This document shows positions 9,710-18,325 of a stretch of DNA of 64,000 nt, one piece after another. The notes under the pieces were generated by a model. The model was given only the letters and a program-made list of their open reading frames with translations. It did no database searches and had not been told where the DNA came from. The DNA is taken from positions 64-64,063 of IMG/VR virus record IMGVR_UViG_3300043598_000016. One strand, 5' to 3'. The translations under genes and the position numbers were made by a program. The stretch is from a virus (taxonomy: Duplodnaviria; Caudoviricetes). The stretch's first letter is position 1. Every line of letters begins with the position of its first letter.

Positions 9710-10831
9710 CTACCCCTGCGCCGGGGCGCCGGACAGCCGGTCCATCAGCCCGGCGGCGTGCGGGTTACTCGGGCCCTGCTGGGCGTACTGCGGCTGCTGG
9801 CCGGCCGGCGGACCCTGCTGCGGGGCGTTGGGCCCCGGGCCGGCGTAACCCGGCGGCACCTGCTGGGCCTGCACACCCCAGGCACCGCCCTGCTCGGGCT
9901 GCCCCTGCGGCTGCTGCGGCGGGCCCTGTTGGGCGTACTGCGGCTGCTGCGGCGGGCCCTGCTGGGCGTACTGCGGCTGACCCATGGGCTGGGCCGGCGG
10001 CTGCTGCGGGGCGTACTGCGGCTGACCGGCCGGCTGGCCCTGCTGGGCGTACTGCGGCTGCTGACCCTGCGGGAGGTAGGGATCAACCGGCAGCCCGGGC
10101 GGGCCCTGCTGGGCGTACTGCGGCTGCTGGGCCTGCTCAACGGGCGGCTGAGCCGGCTGCTGCTGGACCGGTTGGCCCTGCTGCCCGGGGCGCTGGTACT
10201 GCACTTCATAGATCCCGGCGGCGGACATGCCCGGGATGGGCCGCTCCCCCACCTTGCGCACCCCGATCAGCGCCCCGGCCTCCGGGTAGCCGGCCGGCGC
10301 GCCGGCGGCGGACATCGCCCGGGTCACCTCGGTCCAGAGCCCACCGGAGAGGTACAGCTGGGCCCGGCCATCCTGGAACTCGTGATCCGCCGCCACGTTC
10401 AGCGGCACCTTCACCATCAGCTTGCGCCGGCCGTCCCGCAACGTGGCCGGCTTGGTGCTGCGCGGCTCAGTCTGCCCCTCCACGTCCGAGTCGGTGACCT
10501 CACGGGCCACCTGGCCCCACCGCCAGGTACCCATCACGTACTGGCCATTGGGCGGGGTGGCGAAACTGAACGCCTTCCCGTTGCCGGTGCTCGGCTGGTC
10601 CAGGAAATCCTGCAGCGTGAACCGCTCGGGCTCGGGCTGCGGGGGCACCGGGGCGCCGTAGGGCTGCGGGTAACCGGGCGCCGCGTACTGCGGCTGGGCC
10701 GGCGGCCCGTAGCCCGGCGCCGGCTGCTGTGGGTAACCCTGGGGATAACCCTGCGGGGCCGGCTGCTGCGGCTGGTAGGGCTGTTGCGGGTACCCGCCCT
10801 GCTGTGGGTAACCCTGCTGTGGATACGTCAT
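9710..10831 (-). CDS. putative single-stranded DNA-binding protein with P/Q-rich repeats
   Basis: Central ~130-aa beta-rich core flanked by GYPQ and PQYAQQG repeats; lies between Cas4-like nuclease and helicase. Confidence 0.6.
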   Translation of the reverse strand: MTYPQQGYPQQGGYPQQPYQPQQPAPQGYPQGYPQQPAPGYGPPAQPQYAAPGYPQPYGAPVPPQPEPERFTLQDFLDQPSTGNGKAFSFATPPNGQYVMGTWRWGQVAREVTDSDVEGQTEPRSTKPATLRDGRRKLMVKVPLNVAADHEFQDGRAQLYLSGGLWTEVTRAMSAAGAPAGYPEAGALIGVRKVGERPIPGMSAAGIYEVQYQRPGQQGQPVQQQPAQPPVEQAQQPQYAQQGPPGLPVDPYLPQGQQPQYAQQGQPAGQPQYAPQQPPAQPMGQPQYAQQGPPQQPQYAQQGPPQQPQGQPEQGGAWGVQAQQVPPGYAGPGPNAPQQGPPAGQQPQYAQQGPSNPHAAGLMDRLSGAPAQG

Positions 10832-10902
10832 GTTGATCTTCCTACTCTCACTACTCACTGGCCCGCGCGATGATCACCGAACGGGGGTTCTAGGGGGCCG
10901 GC

Positions 10903-11748
10903 TCAGCCAGGGATCTCATCCCGGTGACCGATAGTTCCCGGGCAGCCCGAGCCGCCATCGCGGGCAGCTTGCGGCCTGTACATCGGGCACCAAATACATA
11001 CCTCGTCTTCCGGGGTGGCCGGCACGTTCATGATCTCGGTGCGCCCGTTCATGATCGCTTCAGCCCAGCTGCGCCGGTAGCGGGTCCGGTCGATCACCTG
11101 CTCGATCAGCTCATCGTCAGCCACCGAGTACGGGTGGTCCCAGAGATACATTCCGTCCAGGCTCGAGGCGGCCGCCGGCATCGCGGCCAGCACCACCCGG
11201 TCCACCCGATAGCCGAGGTTGCGGTAGCCCTGGGCATACAAGATCATCTGGATCTGGTAGTGGATCGGCGGGCCGTGCGGTGAGCGGATCTTGGCCATGC
11301 TGGTGGGCCCGAGGAACTTCCAATCGAGCAGGGCGAACTGCCAGCAGTCATAGAGATCGGCGGTACCCGGCCCGTCCCCGTTGAGGTTGAACGGGGTGAC
11401 CTTCCGCTCCGTCAGCCACCGCTTGGCGCCGAGCCGCTCATTCTCCGCATCGAAAGCCAGCTGCGCCCAGGCGTGCAACGCGGTGCCCCGGATACTCGGC
11501 CACGGATCAGCCACATGATTTGTTGGCGCCATGTTGAGCATCTTGTGGACCACCTGGCGGTCACACCGCACGCCGAGCTCGGACGGGCCCAGGGTGCGCT
11601 GCAGCGTCCGGGGCGCCTGGCTGGCGTGCACGTGATACACCCGCCGTAGCTCGGCGCCCATCCGCTGCGCCCACTCGGTATTACCGCCGAGCGGGGCCGG
11701 CGCGGACAATTTGAACGCGGCAATTTCAGCGGCCGGGATGGCGCTCAT
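10903..11748 (-). CDS. Cas4-family / RecB-like PD-(D/E)XK exonuclease
   Basis: GPSELG..CDRQ, GTALH, GTADLYD, DWKF, Q..LY, CIWCP...C; start at ATG 11748 overlapping upstream stop. Confidence 0.88.
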   Translation of the reverse strand: MSAIPAAEIAAFKLSAPAPLGGNTEWAQRMGAELRRVYHVHASQAPRTLQRTLGPSELGVRCDRQVVHKMLNMAPTNHVADPWPSIRGTALHAWAQLAFDAENERLGAKRWLTERKVTPFNLNGDGPGTADLYDCWQFALLDWKFLGPTSMAKIRSPHGPPIHYQIQMILYAQGYRNLGYRVDRVVLAAMPAAASSLDGMYLWDHPYSVADDELIEQVIDRTRYRRSWAEAIMNGRTEIMNVPATPEDEVCIWCPMYRPQAARDGGSGCPGTIGHRDEIPG

Positions 11749-12554
11749 GCCGCGCTCCCTGGGTCGGTGTCCAGCATCGCGCAACCGCACGCGCCCCAGT
11801 CATCAACCTCGGCCGGCGCTGACCCAGCGTCTTGACTCTCCCGGAACACGCTTAGCGGCAGCGGTCGCCGTGGGCCGCCGCCCCGCCGATCGGTCAGTAT
11901 CGACACGTCCCGGCCGAGCAGCGCGCGGGTTTCCTCCTCCTCCGCTTCCCACTCCAGGAACCGGGGCCGGTTGACCCGCAGCAGCAGACCCCAGGCGGCG
12001 TGACCGCCCCGGACACAGGCGCCGCCACAATTGGCATGAGGGAACCCCTGGGCGTACAGCCGGGGCGGCTCGATACCGCGCGCCCGGAACCCATCCAGAA
12101 TTGCGTCTTTCCACAAGTGCGGCGGGTCCAGTAGCGGCGCCTCAACTGTCCACGGTGCCCAGTGCGGCCGGGCTTTCTCCACCCGGTGCGGCTCGGTCCA
12201 GTCGTAGCCGAGCACGATCACCGAGGATTCCGGCCGGTAGTGCTGGGCGATATGCCGGTGCAGCAGCTGGCGTTTCAGGATCCTGGAGCAGACCGCCATC
12301 CGGTCCGAAGGGACCACCCGTTCATCCCGGCCCACCTGCATCGGGGTGCGCCCATCGGCGATGACATCCCAGCGCGGTGCGCCCAGGGCTGCCACGACTT
12401 CCCGAGCGAACCGCCAGTTGTCCTCATCCTCGGCCCGGGTATCGGCGGTGAGCAGGTGCACCCGGTCAGCGCCGTGCCGCTCCACCATGCGCCAAGCCAC
12501 CTCAGCCGAGCCGGCGCCGGTGCTGAACTGGACCACATAGGTAGGCGCGCTCAC
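11745..12554 (-). CDS. PAPS-reductase-like (adenine nucleotide alpha hydrolase) protein
   Basis: PP-loop-like FSTGAGS, ADTRAED, CSRILK, GYDWTE, GFPHANCGGACVRGG and C-terminal GACGC. Confidence 0.78.
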   Translation of the reverse strand: MSAPTYVVQFSTGAGSAEVAWRMVERHGADRVHLLTADTRAEDEDNWRFAREVVAALGAPRWDVIADGRTPMQVGRDERVVPSDRMAVCSRILKRQLLHRHIAQHYRPESSVIVLGYDWTEPHRVEKARPHWAPWTVEAPLLDPPHLWKDAILDGFRARGIEPPRLYAQGFPHANCGGACVRGGHAAWGLLLRVNRPRFLEWEAEEEETRALLGRDVSILTDRRGGGPRRPLPLSVFRESQDAGSAPAEVDDWGACGCAMLDTDPGSAA

Positions 12555-12943
12555 GGCTTGAGCCGCTCGAGCTTCCACGTGGTCGAGGGGGACGAGTAGT
12601 CCCGGTAGACCTGCGGGTAGTCCTTTTTCAGCGCCTTGGTATCCATCCGCCGGGACACATAGCCGAGCATGCGCAGCGGGAGTGACAGCAGCGGGGACTC
12701 CAGTAGCACGTTGGTGCGACCCGGCGCGGCGGCGGCCAGCTCGGCTTTGATCGCCTCCGTGGTCTCTTTGAGCTCGGCGGCGGACGCATCCGCCTGATCC
12801 TTGAGCCGTTCGTACTGGTCGGCCAGCTGCTCCAGGCGGGTGCCCGGCTGGGCCTGCACCACCCAGGGCATGGCGGCCAGCTCAGCCTCGGTCAGCGGCG
12901 GCGGCGCGGCCAGCGGGGTGGACTCGAGGGGTTGGCTACTCAC
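12551..12943 (-). CDS. hypothetical coiled-coil protein of the recombination module
   Basis: 130-aa ORF coupled to both neighbours by 4-nt overlaps. Confidence 0.7.
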   Translation of the reverse strand: MSSQPLESTPLAAPPPLTEAELAAMPWVVQAQPGTRLEQLADQYERLKDQADASAAELKETTEAIKAELAAAAPGRTNVLLESPLLSLPLRMLGYVSRRMDTKALKKDYPQVYRDYSSPSTTWKLERLKP

Positions 12944-13170
12944 GTTCGGGCTCCCATTCTTGCGGACGTGTAGGAGGCGGCGGCCAGCATGATCGCGGCA
13001 TCCTGGCGGAGGTCACGCGCCGGGCGGTCGGTGTGGCTGGGCAGGCCCGGGGAGTACACCGCGTCATCTAGCGCGATGATCAATTCCCCCGAGCTGAGCC
13101 GCCAGAAGTAGCCGCCATCGGGGGTCCGCCCCTCGGGCAGCGGCAGCTCTACGCGGATGATCGTTCCCAT
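12940..13170 (-). CDS. hypothetical protein
   Basis: ATG 13170 preceded by GGGAG RBS and the GCCCCGACCA motif. Confidence 0.65.
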   Translation of the reverse strand: MGTIIRVELPLPEGRTPDGGYFWRLSSGELIIALDDAVYSPGLPSHTDRPARDLRQDAAIMLAAASYTSARMGART

Positions 13171-13257
13171 GGTGGTGAGGCTCCCTTGGTCGGGGCGTGA
13201 TGTTGATACCAGCGCCGGCTGACAGTCCGTCCTCACGGGGGTCAACGGCGCCGGGCG

Positions 13258-13518
13258 CTACGGGGTGCGCTTGCGCCGTTGAGCTCGGCGCGCCAGCACC
13301 TTTCCATCGGCCCCGATGGCTTGGTGGTCGCCGGGATGCGCCGGTGGCCGGGTACACACCCAGCCCAGCCCGGCCCGCTCGATCCAGCGGAACCCGCAGT
13401 GCACCCGGGGCACCAGGTCCGGCTCACCATCACCCAGCAGCGGCTCAGCCGGCCGAGCCGGTGGATCGCTCCACTGTCCGGGGCCCACCTCGGCGCTTAC
13501 ACTCAAGGGGCCCATCAC
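13258..13518 (-). CDS. hypothetical protein (C/H-rich)
   Basis: AAAGGAG RBS and GCCCCGACCA motif; HCG...CTRPPAHPGDH. Confidence 0.6.
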   Translation of the reverse strand: MMGPLSVSAEVGPGQWSDPPARPAEPLLGDGEPDLVPRVHCGFRWIERAGLGWVCTRPPAHPGDHQAIGADGKVLARRAQRRKRTP

Positions 13519-13692
13519 TCCTTTCGGTAGCTCTTTGGTCGGGGCGATCTAGAAGTTGTGAGGCTTGAGACCCTGGTCCGCGCGGATACGTGGACTGGGG
13601 TCTCTCTTTGCGTGTGACGGGTGGTGCACCGCCAGTAGACTCCATCCGTGGGGTTGCCGTCAACTCGCACGGTAGGGTCTACTAGGCGGGCC

Positions 13693-13956
13693 ATGACTAC
13701 GCCTAACCCGAACGCCCTGGTGACTACCGAGGAAGTCAGCCAGCTACTCGGCCACGCCAACATCTCGGTGACCCGGGGATGGCTGCGTGACCAGAAGGTC
13801 AAGCCCGTGGGCCGCCGCAGCCTGGGCCGAGTGTCGAACCGTTACCGGTGGTCAGACGTTCTGGCCGCGCTACACGCCATGCCAAGAGGCCCGTACCGCA
13901 AACCGCCCCGACCAGAGAAGGAAGATCAAAATGGGAGCCCGCAAGCCTGCCGATAG
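13693..13956 (+). CDS. MerR/excisionase-like HTH DNA-binding protein
   Basis: LVTTEEVSQLLG...TRGWL...RYRWSDV pattern; first gene at the divergence point of the two arms. Confidence 0.7.
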   Translation: MTTPNPNALVTTEEVSQLLGHANISVTRGWLRDQKVKPVGRRSLGRVSNRYRWSDVLAALHAMPRGPYRKPPRPEKEDQNGSPQACR

Positions 13957-14206
13957 CACCGTGGCCGCCAATCGCTGGATGGCCGCGCTGTTGGCGGCCG
14001 GATGTAACCGCTACGCCGAGCTGCTCGTGGAGCAGGCCGAGACGCTGGCCAAGAATGGCACCGCCTCGGGCCTCGAGCCTCAGCACCTCGGCGCGATGGC
14101 CGAGCCGCACGTAATGGATCTCGAGTCCACCCAGCGCCTGGCCGAGATGTTCCGCCAGCACGCCGCCGAGCTGCTGGCCGCGCACCGGCCCGATCACGGT
14201 GGCTGA
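13931..14206 (+). CDS. hypothetical protein
   Basis: ATG 13931 with AAGGAAG RBS and GCCCCGACCA motif. Confidence 0.65.
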   Translation: MGARKPADSTVAANRWMAALLAAGCNRYAELLVEQAETLAKNGTASGLEPQHLGAMAEPHVMDLESTQRLAEMFRQHAAELLAAHRPDHGG

Positions 14207-14636
14207 GCACACGGTGGTGGACCAGACGGTCCGTGACGCGCCGGACCCCGAGCCCGGGCCGTTCTCCGCCCCCTCGCTGCGCCACCTGATCAAGTGGGTG
14301 GCGGTGCTGCTGATCGCGGATGTCAGTCTGCTGATCTCGTTTGTGGTGCTGGTGGCCCCGCTGCGCTGGTCGGTGGCCGCGCTCATCACCGCGATAGTGC
14401 TGGCCGGCACGTTCCGCTGGATGCACGAGGAGATCAAATCCGCGCAGTACCGGGCCGACGCCCGGGCCCGCGAGCAGGCCGATAAGGATCGCAAGCCCAG
14501 CCAGGAACCGCACTGGCAGACCAAGCCCACCGTGCGCCCGGTGCGCGAGGGGGAGTGGGGCACCCGAGAGCGCCGGGAGCCACCGAGGGAGCGCCGGGAG
14601 CCGCCGCCCGAGCTACCGCCCGACCGAGACGAATAG
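14199..14636 (+). CDS. membrane protein (2 TM)
   Basis: Two hydrophobic helices followed by a charged tail. Confidence 0.7.
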   Translation: MAEHTVVDQTVRDAPDPEPGPFSAPSLRHLIKWVAVLLIADVSLLISFVVLVAPLRWSVAALITAIVLAGTFRWMHEEIKSAQYRADARAREQADKDRKPSQEPHWQTKPTVRPVREGEWGTRERREPPRERREPPPELPPDRDE

Positions 14637-14672
14637 ACCGCCCCGACCACTTACCGAAATTGTGAGGCAACC

Positions 14673-14942
14673 ATGGGCACGTGTCCTTACGGGGTGCACT
14701 CGAACCGTCACGGAAATTGCAGCTGCGGTATGCGCAAAAACAGCGGCTCCACCCGGCGCACCGAGGTACGCCACCAGCGTTCCTATCCGCGCCAGGCGCC
14801 CCGTTCGATGAAGTCGCCGGGGTGCAGCTCGGCCAGCTCCCGGCGGGCCGGCGGGGCCGGTTGCACCGGGATGATCGGCCTGCTCAGCCTGGGTCTGGCG
14901 GTGCTGGTGGCCGGCCTGGTCCGCCTGGGCCGGGGCAGGTAG
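14673..14942 (+). CDS. hypothetical membrane protein
   Basis: N-terminal Cys/His cluster and C-terminal hydrophobic helix; preceded by GCCCCGACCA and GAGG. Confidence 0.55.
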   Translation: MGTCPYGVHSNRHGNCSCGMRKNSGSTRRTEVRHQRSYPRQAPRSMKSPGCSSASSRRAGGAGCTGMIGLLSLGLAVLVAGLVRLGRGR

Positions 14943-14958
14943 GCCGCCGGCCGATGGC

Positions 14959-15492
14959 ATGGGCGAATACTCCGGGCCCTATGAGACCCAGAATCCAAAT
15001 AAGAGTGATGCGGTAATGGATGTTGAGGCCGCGCTCTGTTTCGCCTATGCCCGGGCCAATTACACCGTTCGGGACATAGCGCGAATGACCGGGCTGGACC
15101 CCATGACCGTGTGCCGCCGGCTGGATAGGTTGATCTTGGTACAAAGCCGCCCTAGCCGATCTATCCTGCGGCTGATCGAGGCTGACCGGGTGGACGATAT
15201 GGCCCGCGCGGTGGACCAGGTGCTGTACGGCTCGGGGCGCCCGGACGTGGAGCTGCTGGCCGAGCGGGCGGTGGCCCAGGGACTCACCCCGGTGGACGTG
15301 GCCGCGCTGCTGAGGGTGCAGCTGGCCGCCTCGGCCCGGCGGTCCAGCCTGCTCGGCCTGAACACCCCTGAGTCCGAGCCGGATGATCCGCCCCTGGGGG
15401 ACAGCCCCGAGCCGACCGAGTGGGAGCTCAGCGCCCGCAACCATCGCGATGAGCAGGCCCGACGCATAGAGAAAGGTGAGTTCGATGACTGA
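14959..15492 (+). CDS. HTH protein resembling terminase small subunit (second copy)
   Basis: HTH YTVRDIARMTGLDPMTVCRR and C-terminal RRSSLLGLNTP, resembling the RRAKLLGLDAP motif of HTH-type small terminases; start may be 15017. Confidence 0.62.
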   Translation: MGEYSGPYETQNPNKSDAVMDVEAALCFAYARANYTVRDIARMTGLDPMTVCRRLDRLILVQSRPSRSILRLIEADRVDDMARAVDQVLYGSGRPDVELLAERAVAQGLTPVDVAALLRVQLAASARRSSLLGLNTPESEPDDPPLGDSPEPTEWELSARNHRDEQARRIEKGEFDD

Positions 15493-16099
15493 CTACCCGC
15501 CCGGCGACTGGGACTCTCAGGACTGGCCCGACACCCCGCCCGAGCCGGACACCGCCACTCACCGCGCTGATAAGCCCTGGCCAGGGCCACCCGGCGCACT
15601 GCTGGGCGTGCGCGATGGCGGACCGCCATGCACCCGGGCGCACTGCGGGCACGCGTACACCCGGCACCTGCGCGCCGGCCCGCCGGTACCAGGCGCGGCC
15701 GAGCTGGCGTGCATGTCCCCCGAGTGTGGCTGCCCCGGCTACCAGCCACCGAGCTCGGCGGCCGAGGCGCACCAGGCACTGAAAGACGCTCCACGTCCGG
15801 GCTGGCCACGTACCGGGCGCGTGCCGTTGGCCGATCTGGTGGGCGCGGCGGCCGCCGCAAGCCTGGGCCACCCGGACCGCGCCGAGGAGATAGAGAGCCG
15901 GCTCACCGCCGCGCTCGAGCTGCTGACCCGCTACCGGACCACGCTGCACCACGCCCTCGGGCTGACCCGCCCGGTGCCGGATGAGGAACTGCTCACCTAC
16001 GTAGTGGATGCGATCCGGCACGCCCAGCAGCTGCCGCCGCCGGTGCGCAGCGGTGAGACCACCACGGCGGCCAGCCCAGGGAGTGAGACTGATGTCTGA
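15485..16099 (+). CDS. hypothetical protein (Zn-binding motif plus shared ALG-D-LL module)
   Basis: CxxxxCGH...H...CxxxxCGC; overlaps upstream stop. Confidence 0.65.
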   Translation: MTDYPPGDWDSQDWPDTPPEPDTATHRADKPWPGPPGALLGVRDGGPPCTRAHCGHAYTRHLRAGPPVPGAAELACMSPECGCPGYQPPSSAAEAHQALKDAPRPGWPRTGRVPLADLVGAAAAASLGHPDRAEEIESRLTAALELLTRYRTTLHHALGLTRPVPDEELLTYVVDAIRHAQQLPPPVRSGETTTAASPGSETDV

Positions 16100-16673
16100 G
16101 GATGACCAGCCCACCGCGCCACACACCGCCTGCCGCTGTGGCCAGCCCGAGGCGGCCGGGGTGGTGCACCGCGCGGACGGACCCTGTTACGTGGCGGCCA
16201 GCGTGGCCCGCACGGCGGAGCAGGTGATCCACCACCTGACGAACACCCAGCCCGCCGAGGTCAGTGAAGCGTTCGCCCGGATGTATCCCGAGCTGGCCAA
16301 CGTCATCACCGAGCACCCCGCCGGCCCGGGCCGGGAGACCTTGGCGCGGTTTCGCCGGGAGCTGATCAACGCCCTCGGTGTGCGGCACCGGCCGGCGGAC
16401 ACCGAGCTGCTCCGCCTGGCCACCGAGGTGATCCGGCTGGCCCGGCGCACTGAACCCGGCGCGGTGGACCAGCTGCGGGCCGGCAGCAGAACCCCCCCCG
16501 GCGACTTCCCCTGCTGCTGCCCCGCCCCGACTACTGAGGTGGACCACGACGCGCCCTCGGCCACCACGGTGGGCACCGACTACGCCGCCGAGGTGGCCTA
16601 CCGCACCCAGGTACAGCGCCCGGCGGACGATCCGGACTGGGACATGCCGCCGCACCCCGAGGGTGAGCAGTGA
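16092..16673 (+). CDS. hypothetical protein (shared ALG-D-LL module)
   Basis: ATG 16092 overlaps upstream gene; CRCGQ...H...C motif. Confidence 0.65.
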   Translation: MSEDDQPTAPHTACRCGQPEAAGVVHRADGPCYVAASVARTAEQVIHHLTNTQPAEVSEAFARMYPELANVITEHPAGPGRETLARFRRELINALGVRHRPADTELLRLATEVIRLARRTEPGAVDQLRAGSRTPPGDFPCCCPAPTTEVDHDAPSATTVGTDYAAEVAYRTQVQRPADDPDWDMPPHPEGEQ

Positions 16674-16679
16674 GGGGCG

Positions 16680-16865
16680 GTGATGGCCACGAAATTCACC
16701 GGCGTGCGAGACGGCGTACGCACCGCCGCGACGTGCCCGAGGTGCCGGACGCATCGGCTGTTCACGATGCCGAGCACCGGCGAACGTATGTGCGGGGATC
16801 AGGTGCACTGCCGCTACGTCAGCACGGAGAACCCGGAGCGGGGGGCGGGCCGGTGGTCGAGCTGA
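16680..16865 (+). CDS. small Zn-ribbon protein
   Basis: CPRC...C-x5-C; GAGGGG RBS. Confidence 0.55.
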   Translation: MMATKFTGVRDGVRTAATCPRCRTHRLFTMPSTGERMCGDQVHCRYVSTENPERGAGRWSS

Positions 16866-17383
16866 TCGAGGATGCGGTGATCGCGGTGGCCCACCAGCTG
16901 CACCTGATCTACCGCACGGGCCCCAAGCAGACCGCCGAGGACATAGCGCGCCGCGTGCTGGCCGAGTACGAACGGGTCAAGGCGGCCGCGTTGAGCGCTG
17001 TGCCACTCAGCCGGGCGCCCTGGCGGGTGGGCAACCCGGAGCTGCGGGAGCGCCCGAACGACCTATACGAGGCGGACCGGGCCGGCCGCTGGCGCTACAT
17101 CGGCTCGCTGGCCACCCCGGAACACGCCACCTGGTGCGCGGTGGCCCGGGACATGCTGGCCGGCCAGCGGATAGATGAGGCGTACCGGGTGGCCAGCAGC
17201 TCGGCCGATGCGTTCCGAGCCAGGCTCACCGCCGCCCTTGGGCTGCCCGAGAATCCCGGGGACGCGGTGCTCATAGCCTCGGCCGAGCGGGCCATCCGGA
17301 TCGCCCGGGGGCTGCCCCGGAATGCTGGGCCGCCCGAGCTCGGCCAAGGCAGCCAGGCTGACCATTACCGGGGGGACGGATGA
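16853..17383 (+). CDS. hypothetical protein (shared ALG-D-LL module)
   Basis: GTG 16853 within ORF 16670-17383; high GC3. Confidence 0.6.
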   Translation: MVELIEDAVIAVAHQLHLIYRTGPKQTAEDIARRVLAEYERVKAAALSAVPLSRAPWRVGNPELRERPNDLYEADRAGRWRYIGSLATPEHATWCAVARDMLAGQRIDEAYRVASSSADAFRARLTAALGLPENPGDAVLIASAERAIRIARGLPRNAGPPELGQGSQADHYRGDG

Positions 17384-17481
17384 GCAACGCGGATTGGTGG
17401 CTGCTGGGTACGTGCTTCCTGGGCGCCCTCGGCGTGGTGGCGATGGTGGTGGCCATCTACCTGGCCCGGCGGTCACGATGA
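17380..17481 (+). CDS. 33-aa single-TM microprotein
   Basis: MSNADWWLLGTCFLGALGVVAMVVAIYLARRSR; ATGA overlaps at both ends; not in ORF track. Confidence 0.6.
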   Translation: MSNADWWLLGTCFLGALGVVAMVVAIYLARRSR

Positions 17482-17783
17482 CCCGCCCGGAGTGCCCGGG
17501 GTGCGGGGAGGGGCCAGCGTTCCCGGCGCGCCGGCGGGTGGACTGGGCGCTATGGGTGCACCCCGAGCAGTCCCGGATCTGCCTGGTGCCCACCTGGCCG
17601 GCCTACCGCACGGCGCGGATGACGCTGTGCCATGACTGCACCCGGGGCGCGCTGCTGCAGAGCACCTGTCTGGCCGAGCGGGAGCCCGGCGGCGGGTTCC
17701 GGCTGGTGACCGCCACGGTGGCCAGCTGCTGCCCGCGTTGCCTGGGCCGGTCCTGCCTGCCGGGTTTCGTGATGCCGTCATGA
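17478..17783 (+). CDS. Cys-rich hypothetical protein
   Basis: CPGC, CHDC, CCPRC; ATGA overlaps. Confidence 0.55.
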   Translation: MTRPECPGCGEGPAFPARRRVDWALWVHPEQSRICLVPTWPAYRTARMTLCHDCTRGALLQSTCLAEREPGGGFRLVTATVASCCPRCLGRSCLPGFVMPS

Positions 17784-17899
17784 CCGGCCGGGCGGTAGTG
17801 CTGGCCCTGCTGGCGCTGATCATGGTGTTGCTGCTGGCCGCGCTCTGCTTCGCGGTCTATGCGCTGGTCATCACCGGGGCGGTGACCTGCCAATGGTGA
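17780..17899 (+). CDS. 39-aa TM microprotein
   Basis: MTGRAVVLALLALIMVLLLAALCFAVYALVITGAVTCQW; ATGA overlap. Confidence 0.55.
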   Translation: MTGRAVVLALLALIMVLLLAALCFAVYALVITGAVTCQW

Positions 17900-17982
17900 G
17901 GGCGCTGGTCATGGGTTGGCTGGGTGACGTCGAGTGGCTGACCCTGCTGAGCCTGCTGAGCATCGCCTGGGGGCTGCTGTGA
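17893..17982 (+). CDS. 29-aa hydrophobic microprotein
   Basis: MVRALVMGWLGDVEWLTLLSLLSIAWGLL; fills the gap with overlaps on both sides. Confidence 0.45.
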   Translation: MVRALVMGWLGDVEWLTLLSLLSIAWGLL

Positions 17983-18122
17983 TGATCAGGCGGTGGCCAG
18001 GGTGGTGGGTGCTGGTCATCGTGCTGTTGCTGGCCGCCGCCACCGCGCGCTCCGTCTGGCTGGCCATCGGCGCCGCCACCGTGGCGGTGGTGCTGCTCGA
18101 GCGCCCGAGGTGGCGGCTATGA
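17982..18122 (+). CDS. 46-aa 2-TM microprotein
   Basis: MIRRWPGWWVLVIVLLLAAATARSVWLAIGAATVAVVLLERPRWRL; TGATG coupling. Confidence 0.55.
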   Translation: MIRRWPGWWVLVIVLLLAAATARSVWLAIGAATVAVVLLERPRWRL

Positions 18123-18325
18123 CTGAGCCGCTGTTCGTCCAGGGCACGCTGCCCAGCTCAGGCTCCCGCTTCCGAATGTGGGTGTCACTGCGGTGGGCGG
18201 TGCTCGAGGTCAACGGGCTAGTGACGTTCGTGCCGAGCTCAGCCGGCAGCTGGGACCGTCACCCGCTACCGGCTGAGCTGGTGGCGGATATGGCGGTCGC
18301 ACTCTGGGAAGCGGGCCAGCCATGA
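18119..18325 (+). CDS. hypothetical protein
   Basis: ATGA overlaps with upstream gene and with the terminase-like gene. Confidence 0.55.
   Translation: MTEPLFVQGTLPSSGSRFRMWVSLRWAVLEVNGLVTFVPSSAGSWDRHPLPAELVADMAVALWEAGQP

Noticed and set aside
10903-11748. Cas4-like gene as evidence of a CRISPR-Cas system
   Set aside because: No repeat-spacer array or other cas genes seen; solo Cas4-family nucleases are routine in actinophage recombination modules.
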